A stretch of 64,000 nt of DNA from Eledone cirrhosa (taxonomy: Eukaryota). Both the position numbers and the translations under genes were made by a program. Positions within the stretch are counted from its first letter, which is position 1, and every line of letters begins with the position of its first letter. The notes under the pieces were generated by a model. It did no database searches. It had not been told where the DNA came from and saw only the letters and a program-made list of their open reading frames with translations. The stretch lies in the NCBI GenBank assembly GCA_964016885.1, contig OZ024743.1, positions 259,842,001 to 259,906,000 of the forward strand, read 5' to 3'. Shown here in pieces: positions 60,754-64,000 of the stretch.

Positions 60754-63068
60754 GCGTGTGCGTGCGTGCGCGTGTGTGTATATTCTAATCTAAACAATAG
60801 AACTTAAACTAAGCCACCGATGCATCGTTAGCTTGTCATTAATACTGCACGTTTTACATAGCAAAAACACCAGAAAGACCCGAATTACACCCAATTCTTT
60901 AAATATATATATACAACGTGGTGATTCAGGGACATGATTTTAATCTAGTCATCTCAGTCACCAAATGAGATGACATTTAGTATCAATTTAGCAGTATGAT
61001 TTTTCGTGCAATAATACGATTTATAGTCGTAATTAATTAATACTATGATTGCTCCCATCGAAAGAGCTTCCATTTACAAGAAAGATACAAGTTGGTGTTT
61101 AAATAAACAGGATTTTCTTCGAGAAGAGTGAATTAAAGCAGCAATTTGTCTCCAAATTGTGAATTAGTTTCGGGATTAAGCTTGCTTTCTTTTTATCAAA
61201 AGCTTGCATTAACACAGATCTACAGTAAAAGGCACTTATCCAGAGTGCCATTTAGTGGTATCGAACGCAGGTCCTTATGACTGCAAAGTGAACTTTTTAA
61301 TCACTCAAGCATGGCCGTCTCTTGCAGTGTAATTTGTAGGTTGTTGCAAACAATACTTTCATATGCGTGCATGCATGAATGGATCAGCAACTTTTGTGTG
61401 CTATATATTTTTCTCTACCTTTGTATCATTTGTTAACAGGTTCGACAAATGAAAAGAGAGATAACGCTAAAATCTCCCCAGACAGTTTAAAATATTATTG
61501 TCCAGTGAAATTAGCCGTATTAATGTATTTACACATTTCTTCAACAAAAAATTCATACTATGCAAATTGTATTAAATTTGCTCACGTTTTCATGACGCCA
61601 TTTTGGAGCAAATATAATTCCTTTCTATTTAAAACTCACAAGTATGCATTTTGTTCGCTGAGTGGTTATCCAAGTGATGTAAATAAAATTCAATATATTG
61701 ATCCTAATTAGTGTATCGTCTTGATATTTGTTATTCCTCAAGAAACTCCTCTGAGACGTGAGTAAATTTTAATACATTTTCTCTGAAACAAAAATCTTTC
61801 TAATTGGTAATTTGGTTTCTTACATACCAATACCTCCTCTTCCACCAGGGAAACGTTCTGTAAAGTTGACCAGCTCTGAATCAAAGACATGTTTGGAGTT
61901 TGTTTGAGTGAGTATTAATATAATGCAAGAGTTAATATAAGTTTCCAAGCGAATGCATATAGTTCTGGTGCTGCGGTAAAGGTGTTAAGGTATTGTCTTC
62001 CATATCTCAGCATCTGAGTGTTAGTAAGCGAGAGCTTATGCGCTGTAATAACACCGATACTGAGGGGCTGTGACATAACACCTTTAAATATTCAAACACT
62101 CACATCGAAACTAAATATATTTTTATTATTCATAAACATTTTGTATATGGGTCCATTTACGCCTTTATTCTCTTTCAGTGTTATCACTAATTTTCTGATT
62201 ATATCTATCCACATATCCATAATTTGTCCTGTGGAAAGGAATATATAGAAATAAAGATAGCTTTTCTGGCAATTTATCTCAGACGTATCTAACTGATAGT
62301 TACTATAATACTGTAGTCAAGAAAAGTTATTATATTGACTACTACCAATTTTCAAGATAGATTTCTAAGTATGGCTTCGTGAGGTTGATTTCTTACTCTG
62401 CGTTTCTGTATGTGTATTTGTAAGTCTAGTGTCTTACTCTGCGGTTCTTCTATTCAAAATCAATAATTCAAAGTCAAATTCAAACCCCAAATCTCTTAGA
62501 AACAAGATTGGTTGCTACTCCAGTGGATTGGCGTCATATTACATATATGCAATTCACAGAGAATATTGAAACATCATGGTCTAGCCCGAAATCTAATATT
62601 TGCAGTGAAGAGGTCACTAGAGGGGGACAACCTAAACTAGAAATGGAAACTCATTTGCTATATCAATTACAACTCTGTTAATCTCACAGCAAGTTTAAAT
62701 TATTAGTTTTTTCAAATATATTTAACTGTGTTTCATGAAAAGAGACCCCCGCTATTCTCTTCTAACATATGAGTTTAAATTTGTCTCCGATCAAATATAT
62801 GCCCATTACAGTAACTGAATTTGGTATATGATAGACACATAGTAGGGATAACATTTTAAAAATATAAACATTAAAATGTCCCGATTGGTCATTAACTTAG
62901 AAGAATATCAGCCGAAGACTTCCTGTTCACATAATGTAACTAAAGCAAATCATCACCAGAGTAGCGATTGTGCTCCAAACTATAATTCTAAAATTGATGT
63001 CACAACTGCAAGCTAATGAATCACTCAACAAATTTTAGTGCTTGTGCATATAATAATAATATTAATAA

Positions 63069-63655
63069 TGGTTTCTGATTTAGGCACAAGGCCAACAATT
63101 TTAGGGGAGGCGAAAGTCGATTAAATCGACCCCAGTTCATTACTGATGCTTTATTTTATCGACCCCGTAAGGATGAAAGGCAGTATTTGAAGTCAGAACG
63201 TAAAGGAACGTAAATCTATGCTGAAAATCATGTTGTCCGGCGCTCTACGAATACTGCCAATCCCCTGCCTTCAATGATGATAATAAATTATAAAGGTTTC
63301 TGATATAGGCACTAGGCCAACAATTTGGGGGAGGAGCGAGTTGATTAAACCGACGCCAGTGCTTACTGATATTTTATTTTATCGACACTGTAAGGATGAA
63401 AGGCAAAGACAACCTCGGCGAGATTTGAACTCAGATCGTAAAGGGACGTAACTATTCTGGAAAGCATGGCGTCCGACCCTCTACCGATACTGCCAATCCA
63501 CCGCCCTGATAATAATAATAACTATTTCCACTTTTGACACACAGCCAGCATATTACTGGAGCTTTATTTCATCGACTCCGTAAGAATGAAAGGCAAAGTT
63601 ACCCTCGGCGGGATTTGAACTCAGAACGTAAAGGACCATAACTCTATGCTGCAAT
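63069..63655 (-). mobile_element. Cluster of three SINE copies
   Basis: Three successive reverse-complement consensus matches. Further partial or diverged copies lie at about 3205, 5850, 52400, 54960 and 59832. Confidence 0.82.
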
Positions 63656-64000
63656 AATAAAAATAATTTCACAAGGGCCGGCATATAGGGTACAATAGAA
63701 AAGACAGGGGCTGTTAGAGTTTACAATGAAATCGAGTAAAAAGAGTATGACAATAAATCAAATAAAAATGAAATTCCTCAGTTGGGAGGAGAGCTACCCA
63801 AAGGTGGTTTTTTTGCCTGTAGTGGTGGTAGTGGTAACACTGCTTACGTTGGTCATGCTGGAGGCGGGGAGCCTTGTATCGATATTTTAATCACTGTCAC
63901 GTAAGAGGTGGCCCAAAGTGAGTGGTGTGTCGTATTTCCTCCACTTTTTTTTACGCTTGTAGGCGTCTAAAACGTCTAAAGTCTGTCTTAAGCCATTTAA

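Noticed and set aside
61824-61875. Candidate upstream exon (LVNFTERFPGGRGGIG) with AG/GT borders
   Set aside because: Phase-compatible, but it lacks the Cys-rich MNNL N-terminus or signal peptide expected; unsupported without RNA data.

Overview
AT-rich, microsatellite-dense animal genomic DNA. The SINE and microsatellite content suggests an octopus or other cephalopod (inference). Most ORF-track entries are microsatellite artefacts. One host gene runs on the minus strand across 13544-59703. Seven exons splice in frame through GT-AG junctions into a protein of about 930 aa, and its 5' exon(s) were not found. Architecture: MNNL/C2 domain, DSL domain, five Notch-type EGF repeats, then a roughly 585-aa Ser/Thr- and N-glycosylation-sequon-rich tail ending in a basic/aromatic, probably amphipathic segment. 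This atypical Delta-like protein has no DOS EGFs, no visible transmembrane helix and a remodelled, acidic Notch-binding face. Its introns and flank contain a full-length but decayed Helitron, Penelope-like elements (PLEs) and PLE terminal fragments carrying at least three core-intact minimal hammerhead ribozymes plus several decayed ones, nested RTE-type LINEs (one family with three C-terminal C2H2 fingers), an RLE-type LINE remnant, many tRNA-derived SINEs, MITEs and several hairpins/palindromes.
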